Source: Saprolegnia diclina VS20
Taxonomy: Eukaryota
DNA: 64,000 nucleotides
Direction: 5' to 3'
Assembly: GCF_000281045.1 (NCBI RefSeq)
Contig: NW_008246070.1
Coordinates: forward strand, 1,224,193 to 1,288,192
Both the position numbers and the translations under genes were made by a program. Below are positions 10,931 through 21,800 of the stretch, piece by piece. The notes beneath the pieces are model-generated. The model did no database searches. It was not told the DNA's origin and saw nothing but the letters and a program-made list of their open reading frames with translations. Numbering within the stretch: position 1 is the stretch's first letter; every line of letters starts with the position of its first letter.

Positions 10931-12370
10931 CTATTCCTTGCGCTTTGTCCAGACCATCGTGCCGTGGCCCGCGCGGGTCGTGACGGTGAGCTTGAGGTCG
11001 AAGAGCAGTGGCGGGCTACTCGCGGGTCGTGACACGTGAAACGTGGCAATCACGTAAGCACACACGGCGCGCACTTGAGAGAGTGCGATGCTGCGCCCGG
11101 GGCAGAGGCGCTTTCCTGCGCCAAACGAGAGCAGCACCGACTTGTCGAGCGCGGCAAATGTGTCGCCAAAGCGCGATGGACGAAACACGTCCAAGTCGGA
11201 ATGACCAGGGCCGTAGTCGGCGTCGCGGCAGGCACTGCCACCGTCAATGAGCACGTCGTCGCCGGCGCGGAACTCGACGCCGTGGATGACGCACGGCGCC
11301 ACACACTGGCGGCTGATAACGGGCACGGCGGGCTTCAAGCGCAGCACCTCGTCCACCGTCCAGCACAAGTACGGCACGTCGCGCAGCTGGCTCGAGGTTG
11401 CCGTCGCAATCTCACTGGCGCCGTTCGGAAACGCGCTAAGCAGCGCTGCGTAGAGCTCGTCTTGCACCTCCGGGTGCGTCGCGAGCAGGTTGAAGAGGAT
11501 CGAGAGCGTGTGCGCCGTGTTGTCAAAGGCGCCAAAGAAGAGCGCGAGGAGGTTATCCCGCATCTCGGTCGCCGAGAGATTGCCGTCGGACGTTGCCGCC
11601 ACCATCGCATCCAGAAGCGATGTCGGAGAGTGGCGAGGGCCGCGCGCGGCCACAAATGACTGGACGTGCGCTCGGAGGACGTCGCGGGCAGCGTTGGCGT
11701 CGCGGTTGCGGGGAAGCGGAAGGCGCCAAAGCCACGGTAGCGGCAGCATGGTGCGCTCGCCAATCACGTCCGACACCAATAGCGCCGACGCGAGAAGCGG
11801 GAGCGATTCGCCACTCATTGTCTTTGGGTCCCAGTCGAAGAGCAGCTGGCTCACCATGTCGAATGCAAGCTTTGGCATCACGACCTCGGGCACGACGTCC
11901 ATGGTACCGGACGATGGCACAGTAAGCGTGTCGACAATCGAGCTAGCAATGGACGGGATGCGCTCGACGTCCTGCTGCGCCAAGGCGTGTGAGAGCACCT
12001 TGCGCACCCGCGCCCAGTCGTCGGCGGATTCTTGTACAAAGACGTGGGATGGCATCAAGCTACCGACTGCCGCGCGCGCCTTGGTTGATGGCTCAAAGTG
12101 CGCGAGGAACTGACCGAGCACGGGCTTGAACACGCGCGGGTCCTTGGTCACGATGATGTCTTGGCCGCCAAGCCGCACACAAAACGTCTTGGCATTCACC
12201 GCCGCGTACCAATCACCGAAGCGCTCGAGGAGTCGGTGCCCGATCCGCCCGCCACGTGACGAGCCAAAGAGATCCAAGTCACCGAGATGCCCCAGAAGGC
12301 GCGCAGGAAAAGCGCTGGTCGTTGGCGGCATGCGCGGCCGGCTGTTGACGACGTTGGACGCTCGGTGCAT
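10931..12370 (-). CDS. Cytochrome P450, intronless
   Basis: WARVRK (C-helix), I-helix FFGAFDNTAHT, K-helix EVLR, FRPSRF and heme motif FGAGKRLCPG. Start placed at ATG 12370, just downstream of an INR/FPR element. Confidence 0.95.
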   Translation of the reverse strand: MHRASNVVNSRPRMPPTTSAFPARLLGHLGDLDLFGSSRGGRIGHRLLERFGDWYAAVNAKTFCVRLGGQDIIVTKDPRVFKPVLGQFLAHFEPSTKARAAVGSLMPSHVFVQESADDWARVRKVLSHALAQQDVERIPSIASSIVDTLTVPSSGTMDVVPEVVMPKLAFDMVSQLLFDWDPKTMSGESLPLLASALLVSDVIGERTMLPLPWLWRLPLPRNRDANAARDVLRAHVQSFVAARGPRHSPTSLLDAMVAATSDGNLSATEMRDNLLALFFGAFDNTAHTLSILFNLLATHPEVQDELYAALLSAFPNGASEIATATSSQLRDVPYLCWTVDEVLRLKPAVPVISRQCVAPCVIHGVEFRAGDDVLIDGGSACRDADYGPGHSDLDVFRPSRFGDTFAALDKSVLLSFGAGKRLCPGRSIALSQVRAVCAYVIATFHVSRPASSPPLLFDLKLTVTTRAGHGTMVWTKRKE

Positions 12371-12386
12371 GCGAATGGACGACTGC

Positions 12387-12401
12387 AAATGCTAAAGTGA
12401 G
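12387..12401 (-). promoter_or_regulatory. Oomycete INR+FPR core promoter of the P450 gene
   Basis: Minus strand reads CTCACTTTAGCATTT, matching the oomycete YCAYTYY-N-CAWTT consensus, about 17 nt upstream of the ATG. Confidence 0.65.
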
Positions 12402-12824
12402 TCGAGGCCGCTGTGGCTGTTGAAGCAAGTGGCGCCAGGTGTGGGATGGGCTCTGACGTCGACGGCGGTGACGCGTCAAGGGGGTTGCCGCCACCCATGA
12501 AGCAAGACCTTCGCCAACATCTAAGCCACTCAGAGGCAGCGGATGATAAAAGGCGATGGCGACTCGTGCACCAAGTAGTATCCTGGACGAGTATACTACT
12601 GGTGCGAACGGCACTATCACTCGGCAACACGGCGGCTGTCGCATTGACACCTGGCGCACTGATGCCTTCTTGCTCGGGAGAGATTCTTGGTTCACTGCTG
12701 CCGGACCGCCTTGCCGATGGCAGGAAATCGCGTCGCCAGTCGTCTCTTCGCGAACAAGTATACTAATCCATTTCATCTTTTTGGTTCTTCTAGGCTATTC
12801 TTCGTCGGGTGCATATATGCTCGT

Positions 12825-13205
12825 TTACTTCATCTGCTTGACGACCTCCAAGATGGACTTGAAGCTGAAGGGCTCCGTGGCCGCAATGTCGGCGAGCACC
12901 TTGCGGTTCAGCTGGATCTCGGACGCGTTGAGGACGCCAAAGAACTTGGAGTACGAGAGGCCTTCCTGGCGCGTGCCAGCGTTGATCTTTTCGATCCAGA
13001 GCGAGCGAAAGTCCTAGTTGCATGCGTGAGCACATTGTGACGACGGACACCGTGAGGGACGTACGCGCTTCTTCTGCTTGCGATCACGGTACTGGTACTG
13101 CAGACCCTTCTCGACGCGGTTGATGGCCGTGCGGTAGCACGAGTTGGCGCGGCCGCGATAGCCCTTGGCCATCGCCAGGATCTTCTTGTGCTTGGACCAC
13201 GACAT
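12825..13205 (-). CDS. MRPL20: Mitochondrial ribosomal protein bL20; 1 intron
   Basis: [98 protein letters not shown]. Confidence 0.95.
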
Positions 13206-13788
13206 GTTGCTGCTGCGACTGACTTGCGCCGACCGATATCCCAACTGCGATGCCACCAACAACCAATAATTCTTATCCGGATCGGCCCTTTTATCCGGTT
13301 TATGACCGGTTCAGATCGGGTCAATCCGGTTACGCCCAGAACCGGAATCGCAGATTTGGCCTTGTAGCACAGCGGAGTGCGGCAGGAGACCCGAGAGAAC
13401 GAGACACAAGCTGTCATTACATTCTTGTAGCAGCAATATGCTGCTCCTATCGACGAGGCGATGCTTATACGAGCGAGGAAGCGCCTTGGCACAATGAACC
13501 GGTTCGTCCAACCCAGAATGATGGTCTCAACTACAGAGGATTTTCGACTAACTAGACACTTCACCACGAATCCATGGAGCCATTGTATTTTCTGCGCGTC
13601 AAGGCAATGCGACTATGTAAAGAGGCGTGCGATATGAGAGAGCGTCGTGGATGTCTCTGGTGCTTCTACAAGATATTATGGCTAGGGCACCCAGCATGGC
13701 TCTCCTCTAGCGCTTAGTCGAACACAATCCATCTGTTTAGTCGGTCAAATCGACCTTGGAGCAGTGGCAGATCCGACGAGCTGACGGT

Positions 13789-16069
13789 ATGGAGGTCAAC
13801 CGATGGGGCGTCGTCGCGATCGCGAGCGTCGTCTTTGACATTGACGTGGGCCAGACGCTCGAGGCCATGTACCCGCAAACAGCGTCCTTGACAACGTCGG
13901 CGCAGAAGTCGATCGCGTACCTCGCGCTGCCCCACAGCAACCGCCACGACGAAGGCGACACGCAGTTCGCGTTTCGCTGCCGGTCAGAAGACGAGAGTAC
14001 GTCGAGCTTCCTCTATGGCTTTGTGCTCTTCCGCCAGCGCAAGGACGCGGCCAAGACACGCGGGTACTTTCAAAAGGCCATCGTCATCGTGACGCAGACG
14101 CCGTTCGTCGGGCTCTACGAGCGCGTGCTGCGGGTCGTCGGTCCGCTCTACTTTCAGGTCGGCAACCCGCTCCTCGAAGCCCTCTACGACAACGTTCTGC
14201 AATGGTACGTGCTACTACGATACATGCAGATAGCTCATCAGCAATGCGCAGGCCGGCGCCGATGCCCGACACGACCATGATCTTGCCCGTCGCCGGCACG
14301 TTTGTGAGCTTTGTCGTGCCCGCCATGGTCCCGAGCATTGAGGCGCCCGCGCCCACGCGCCGCTGGAGCATCGAACAAGAGTCGTTTGATGTCAACGCGG
14401 ACGACATGGCCAGCCACGACGAAGATGACGACGAGGCGCCGGACGAGCAAGCGATTGTGCGCAACGGCAAATTCACAGCGCCAGCGCCGCGCGTCGCGCC
14501 GTCGCCGCTCTTTTGCGACATTCTCAACGCCCAAGACGCTGGCATCTCGTTCGAGGTATGCAGTGCTCGTAGCGCATTCGCCAAGCTACGGTAGAGCGTC
14601 GGTCTCTTCTCGAGCTTTGAGGGGCTCGAGGCGTGTCTCTGGGATCTCTGGCAGCTCGCAATCACGGGCGAGAGCGTGCTCATGGCGGCACCAAGCGCGC
14701 GCGTCTGCAGTCAAGCCGTGCTTGCGTTCACGAGGTGCGGCGCGTCATTATCCCGTCTTTTTCCTATGGGAACGTGCGTAGTTTGATTGCGCCCGTGGCC
14801 TACCACGGAGACTACCGCCCGTATTTTGCCCTTTACGAAGCTGATTTTACCGTACGAGCGACGGCGGCGATGACCTTGACGTTATTCGGGGACGTAGAGC
14901 ATCGCTGCCGTGCACGATACGACCAAGTGCGTGAATTTCCCGACAACCGTACTCGGCACGACCAACCCCTTCTTCCTCAAGGTATAGTTCCCCATGCGCA
15001 CTGTAGTATAACCGATGTAGGCGCTGCGGTTCTGGCCCAACGCAGTCGTGTTTCCGTTTCTAGATGCGTCTTCTCGCCCGGCGACGCCGCCGACCGCCAA
15101 GCGCGCGTTTGGTTTTCTCGATACGGACGCTGCGAACGTCGACGACACGAGCCGACCCCGGCGCTACATTAAGCGAGCCGCGGAGCTCGATTCGTTCCCA
15201 GAAAGCTACGCGCCAAGAGTACGACGACCACGTTGCTATTGCTGATGGACGCAACGGACGTAGCTCTTGGCGCGGTCGTCGCGGCTCGTGCAGCCCGACC
15301 CGGTCGTGCTGCGGCAACTCGTCGAGGCGACGGCTGTTGAGACGTCCGAGGGTCTCCAGAACGGCGACGAGCCACCGAGCGTCTCGATCAATAATGCCGT
15401 CCTGCGCAAGGTTCCCTCCATCATGTAGAAGGTGTCGGGTGCAGTTTGTATTGTGTAGCACTTCAAGCACCTTACTGAAGTCTTCCTCAAGCCATTTGAG
15501 CCCTATTTTGGCATTTGGTCCAACCACCTGCACGTTGCGCCGTCGCCGTATATGGACGTCACTGTCTTCATGAAGCCGTTCGTGGCCACGGTATCGACGA
15601 CGCTACGAGGCGCATGCTTCTGAATCGGACTTAGGAATTCCTCAAGTCGCTGGCCACGATCCCGTCGACGAAGCTCCCGACACCCCTGCGAACGTCGCGC
15701 AAGAAACTGCGGGCGCTGTACGCGCGCTTCATTGCGTCACCGCACTTTCTGCCGTGGTTTGCGGCCCGCCGACACGAGTGCATCGATGCGTTCGACTCGG
15801 TGCTGCGGACGCTTCGCGAGACCATCGACGCCAAGGCGCTCCTGACCGAACCCAGTGGCGCGGCCATGGATCTCCACATGTGCCAGCAGCTCAAGACACA
15901 GGTACGTTCCGTCTGTATCGAACGCTAGTCGATGCGTCGACTAGATCCAGCGTACGATCGAGTTGGCTGCCTCACAGGCGACGCCGGACGCGCGGCACAT
16001 TGCGCTGATGGAGACCCACTTGCACGACGTCTCGGCAGCGATTTTAGCGCTCTCAGCCGCCACAAGTGA
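13789..16069 (+). CDS. DENND6: DENN-domain Rab GEF, DENND6/FAM116 (AVL9-related) family; many short introns
   Basis: VVFDIDVGQTLEAMYP...ALPHSN...GDTQFAFR...YGFVLFRQRKDAAKTRGYFQKAIVIV; later LIAPVAYHGDYRPYF and LGTTNPFFLK. The 3' end is approximate. Confidence 0.88.
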
Positions 16070-16496
16070 CGACTAGAGTGTAGTGAATCCAACAACAAAA
16101 ATAATACCGCATTCGTAGTCATCAGTATCACTAGGGGGCCGACGATGCAAGTACCCAGACGATGTCAGAAGCACCCAACAGAGACATGGGCAACGAAGTT
16201 GACTGTCGGCTACTTCACAGGACCAGTAATTGATGGTTGAAAGTGAGAAGTACGCTTGCGATATACCAGAGCACGTTGGAGGACGTTGGCGCCTTGTCGT
16301 CGGTCGAGCAGCATCCACGACGCAACGCAATTTTTTGCGCGACGGCAGCTGCTCGCACAGTTGTCGGAAGAGACGACCTTTCGCGCCACTTTGGTTCATT
16401 GACATGCAACGACGCACTGCTGCCAATAGAGTTGTTAACGAAGGGTATACAATGCAAGGCGGACATGAATAGAGAATACGAGGAGGTTTATGGTGT

Positions 16497-17147
16497 CTAA
16501 GGTGAGTTGGTCGCGGCCCGGAGTCGCGGTACGAGCACCGAGAGGAGCTTGCGCACGATCGTGAGCTGGTCGGCTTCGGGCAGCACCTCGAACGGCGGGA
16601 CGTGCACGAACAAGACAAACTGGTTGTGGCGGTGCGGTAGCGTGTGATAAAGCGAGCTATAGTACGTGTAGTTGCACACGTAGTGGCCGGGGTCGGTCGA
16701 CGTCTGGCAGCCGTGACCAACTTCGGCCGCGAGTTTCGCGACCGGCAGCAGCGTGTGGATAACGTCGGGCGCGCCCGGGATGATGACCTCGTCCTGCGGC
16801 TCGTAGCCCTGCTCGTCCGGAATGCAAAAGTCGGCAATGTTGTACGCGCACTCTTCAAAGTGGACGGCCTCGGCGCTGTCGTCGACGCCGAGATGGAAGA
16901 AGAGCGTCGGCTCGCCCGACTCCTACACCATGTTGGTATACATTACAGAAGCATGGAATCGCGTGGGTTGTCGTACGTTGGCGCGGGCCCAGAGCGGCTC
17001 GAGGGTCGTTTTGAGCGCGTCGACCGAGGTTTCGATCGCATGCGCTTCGGTGACGTGCGGGTCGTCGGCCAGCGTCCGCACGAGGTACGTCGTCGGGTTC
17101 TCGAGGATCGTGTAGAACTTGCCAAAGCCCGTCAAGATTACACGCAT
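16497..17147 (-). CDS. Pyroglutamyl-peptidase I (peptidase C15), paralog A; 1 intron
   Basis: ILTGFGKF...NPT, FHLGV, HFEECAYN (Glu), STDPGHYVCNY (Cys), LFVHVP (His). Confidence 0.93.
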
Positions 17148-17580
17148 GGCTCTCGTCCGGTGCTTGAAAATGCAATCTGGGGCGCGAAAGCCAAAAGCAC
17201 GACGTCCCACTCTATCTGGTCGCGATAGAGTACGACAGAGCTGGTTTGTTGAAGCAAGAGTCGCCCAGATATGCACTACGGTACTACTACTACATCGCTG
17301 CGTTCGGGCTTTGCCTCGGCTCGCACGACGCTAGCTTCCACCGCCAGTATGTTTCTAGCGTGTTCAAGGACACTATGCTGTGGGTTTTCGCAGCGGCTGC
17401 AGAAGCGATGGACGAGCGGTGCAAGCGCGTCGATCGTCGATGGTCATCGTGGGTTTGAACTCGCCACGTGGGTACACGTGCATTAAGGTGTTGTGAGTAG
17501 TGGGGTCCGCCTTGAAGACTTGTCGCCAAGGCGAGGTAATAATACTGTGTGTGGTTGCAATTACTGTATTCCATTCGATT

Positions 17581-18251
17581 CTACGCCTCGTCCGTCGCGC
17601 GCAGCAGCACAAGGAGGTGCTCGATCGTCGCCAGCTGGTCGGCTTCGCTCACGACCGTAAACTCGGGCACGTGAACGAACAGCGCGTGCTGATAAGCAGC
17701 GTTTCATGAGCGCCAAGAACGAGGAGCTCTATGGGCGTACCTGGTTGGCCTTGGCGTGCGTCACTGCGAGCGACTTGTAGTAGACGTAGTTGCAAATGTA
17801 GCGGCCCGGGTCCGTCGAGACGTTCGTGTGCGGACCGAGCGCCGCCGCGAGATCCTCAACCGGCAGGTTTGTCGAGTAGCTCTCGGGCCCGTTGGGCGCG
17901 ATCGGCTCGGCGGCCGGCTCCCACCCGCGCATGTCCGGAATGCGGAAGTCGGCGACGTTGTACCCGACCTGCTCGAGGTTGATCGCCGTGCCCTTGTGGC
18001 TCACGCCCATGTGCAGAAAGATGAATGGCTCATCCGACGCCTACACGCAGTATTAGCGGACACGACAAGCAGTGTACTACCTCGGCCTCGGCCCAGTACG
18101 GCGCGAGCGCTTCGTTGAGGCCGTCGGCCGAGACCTCGAGGACGAAGACTTCGGTCGCATTCGCGTTGCCCTTCAGCTTCTGCGCGAGCGTCGTCGTCGG
18201 GTTCTCGACGATCTTGCCAAACTGGCCAAAGCCCGTGACGATGATCTTCAT
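17581..18251 (-). CDS. Pyroglutamyl-peptidase I (peptidase C15), paralog B; 2 introns
   Basis: IVTGFGQF...NPT, LHMGV, NLEQVGYN, STDPGRYICNY, ALFVHVP; stop TAG at 17581-17583. Confidence 0.93.
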
Positions 18252-18806
18252 GTCTTCTTGCACTGTGATCACTGTGCACTGTGATGGCAATGGCAAGCAC
18301 GGGCGATGACGTCCGGAGCGGGGCAAACCAGCCGTAATCAGGTCCACTTGGGTGAAACACCCCGGCTCCGTTTGGGACAAACTGATTAACCCACCCAAGT
18401 TCCAGCCTCTGCCACTCCTCCAAGGTCACCAATCTCGTCGTCGTCATCCAAAAAAAGGACGCTGTGGACCCAACTTGCTCTAGACGAGAGAATAAACAAT
18501 CGCCAGCCGTGCTACGATGATGCTTCGGCAGCGGGACAGAGAGCTTCCACGTCGCTCATGGCCTGAGGCAGGCCCCTTCGTGTGGTTAATCAGTAGTCCT
18601 GATGCGCCACGCGAGGGCTAATGTACTAGCACGTACTTGATGAACTAGAAGGAGTACGAGCGAGCTATCATACGAACCCATATCTCGGGCAATGAAGCTA
18701 GGACGACCTGAAAATGTGGATTTGCTCACATCCAAAATACAGTTCAGATCGAGTTCGCCTGCAACCGGTTACGCATCAAGGGAAACCGATACGAGACGAC
18801 AGCGCG

Positions 18807-21800
18807 ATGCACCATGTGGCGCCGCTCGACACGGACATTCCGGTGGCCGAAAGCTCGTGGACGCTTGTGCGGGAGGTGGTCGGCCTCGCCTACATGCTCA
18901 CGTCGGTGCTCCTGGGGTTCGACTCGCTCGCGCAGTTCTTCCCCTACATGGACAACGACTACGTCTGGCCCCATTTTAGTGACGCGCAGTACAGGACGCT
19001 CTTGACCGACATCATCAACGTACAGCTCACGTCGTCGACGCCATTAACAACGGTGGACCTGCTGAGCCCGTCCTTTGGGCTCGTGGCGAACGAGAAAGTT
19101 GGCGTCAGCTACGCATACCCGCGCATGCTCATGTACCACGACCTCACGACGCTCGAGGCCGCAGTCATCGGGCTTCGGCGCCTCGACGTTGAAGAAGTGG
19201 TGTACATGGTTGCGCAGTACTGCTGGGTCGACCTCGAGAAGCGCTGGGCCTTGTCGCACACTCTACGACGCCAGCAGCGATGCGTCGCCCGCGACATGGC
19301 CAACGCGGCCGTCTATCTGGAGCCCATCCTTCGCAACATTGAGTATAAAGCATGGGTGCTCTCGACGCAAGGTCTCTTTATGGCGCGCATCGGAGACGGC
19401 GTCGCAGAGCTCGATGGCGGCGATGCGTGGCTCCAGTACGTGGCCGACCACGTGCCCGCGCCTCTCGACGACGAAGTCGCTTTCTGGGTCTCGCATGGCC
19501 TCTCGCGCTTTGCGCTTCAGTACGCCAACCAGTACCAGATCGGACTCGAAGAGTCGATTACGATCGAGAACGCACTCGGGCTGCGCTACGCCTTTCGCGT
19601 GAAAACCGTGCCCTGGGCAAACCGGGGCACGCACTGGACAAGCGACTACCTCTACGCGGGTCTTCGCAACGACTTTAATGCGCTCTCGCTCAACCAAAGC
19701 CTCGTCCGGAACGCCAGCACCTTCTTTGGCGCCACGTATCCCGACTGGATGGAGTACTACAACGTCGGGTACCCTCTGAGTGCGGTCCACGGGGCCATCC
19801 ACGACGTCATTGGTCCCCTCGCCTCGATCGACCTGCGCTGGATTCAGCCGCCTGACGAGATCATTGCGGCCGTGCGCCACTTTCGCTCGACCCTTCTCTC
19901 GGCCAATGCGACCGTCCACGCCGCGCTACGAGCGGTGCCCGAGATTGTTCTGCACCCGACGCCACTGGAATGGCGCGCGGCGAATCTGTCGTTTTACGGC
20001 GGAAGCCCCTTGTGCGGCTTCAAGTCGGACTTGCCGTTCGTGCAGGCGTCCTTTGGTTTCGACGATGCGTGCGAGCTTCCGCGACAGCTCGGTTTTGAGT
20101 GGCACAGCGCCAACAGTGTCTTTGCCGCCATCGCCCTCGGTGACGACCCGGTCTCGCCAGCTCTGTGCGAGCTCTGCGACGACAGCGCCCAATGCGAGGC
20201 CGCGCTTTCGCGCACTATGCACTGCGCTTCGATGCTACCGCGTCGCCAAGAACCGCTATTGGCATCGCTGCGAGCGATCGATCTATCACTGCTTCAGTTT
20301 GTACGCAACGGGTCGGGCGACGTGACGCTTCAAGTCCAGAGCTTCTCGTCGCCAGAGTGGAGCTTTTTAGGGCTCTTGGGCGTCTACGACTGGGTCCTCG
20401 GCAACCGCGAAGTCGTCTCGTTCGAAGGCGACAACGCCGCGTACACTCTTCTTTCGTACGCGACGACGCCACTTCGTCCGCCGGTCAACTCTGTGGGCTC
20501 CAGCGGCGTCATTCACATTTGGATGTGCGCCGGCCTTGTCTCGCTCGGCCTCGCGTTTGTCGCGGTGCTCGGACTCGTCTTTTGGCTCGCCTTTCGCCCA
20601 TTGCGCTGCCATTGGTTTGTGTTTTCTCGGCTCACGAGCGCCGCTTGGCTAAGTCGCGCCCTCATTCTATTGCGAGGCGTCGCCGGCGTCCTCTGCCTCG
20701 CGACGACGCCCGTCGCTCCTGCACCCAGCGGCTTGGCCTTTACAGCGACACCTCGATCGCTGTACCTCTCGAGCCTCTTTGCCAGCGAAGCTGTCTGGAT
20801 AACCTACGTGCTGCACGAAACGCTGCATCCCTTCTCGGGCATCTACACGCGCTTGTATGCTCCACTCAGTTCTTTTGTTGCGTGGCTCGCCCTTCTGGTC
20901 CTCGATGCGGTGAGCCCCGTTGCGATCACTGCAGGTCTCGACCGACAGTGCTACTCGATCAACATGGACTACAACGTCTACTGCACGAGCGGCAGCATCC
21001 AAATTGGCAGTCGCGCCAGGACGCTGACGAATTTCGCGATCCTCGTCGCGTCCGTGGTAGGTGGGCTAACCCTCGTTAATGTGCGGAAGCGCAGCAGCAT
21101 CGAGCTCGACGACGTGCCGAGCTTCCTTCTCTCCTCAGCGTCGGTGGCTTTTCTCGCCCACCACAGCCACGGCCGCGTGACCGAGTCCTTCGATGTGGTC
21201 ACCGCTGCCATGATGGGCCTCGTACGCTTCTCCAACTGCTACTTTGACACCAAGCTATGGCGCATCGTGGACCGTGAGCTGCTGCCGTCTGCAAGTCGAC
21301 ACAAGCGACACCGTCTTGTCTTGCCGCTCGCGTTGACGCCGCTTTCGCCGCGTTTACGACCCGCCACTGCGCCCGAATCCTGCCTTCAGCGTCTCAAGCG
21401 CCGGTACCGCAAATCGATTGTCGTCCTTGGCATTCTCTACGCGAGTCTGAGCCTCGCGAGCAACGTCGCGTATCTCACGGTCGCGCAGGCCTTTTTAACC
21501 AACGACTTTGGCTGGGCGGGCTTCAACAGCTCGGGAATGCACGCTTTCTTGGCCAATACGTTCAACCACGCGCTCGTGCTCTCATCGGAGCCAGCGATGT
21601 TCAATGTGACGACGCCGGCCATCGCCGATATTGCCCAGCGCTACAACGGGTCGTCGTCGCCGTCGATCGTCTGGAGCTACACGGCCGCGCGTCGGGCGCT
21701 CGCGAGCCCGACAACACCGCTGGATCAAATCATCGCGGGGCTTCGCGCCATGAACCCGTGCATGCTGCCATGGATGTATACGCAGTACTGCTGGCTCGAT

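Noticed and set aside
18450..18600. AAAAAAAGG start and ATGATG...CTGA suggesting U11 snRNA or a C/D snoRNA
   Set aside because: No Sm site, an imperfect box C and no convincing terminal stem. It cannot be supported without a covariance-model search.
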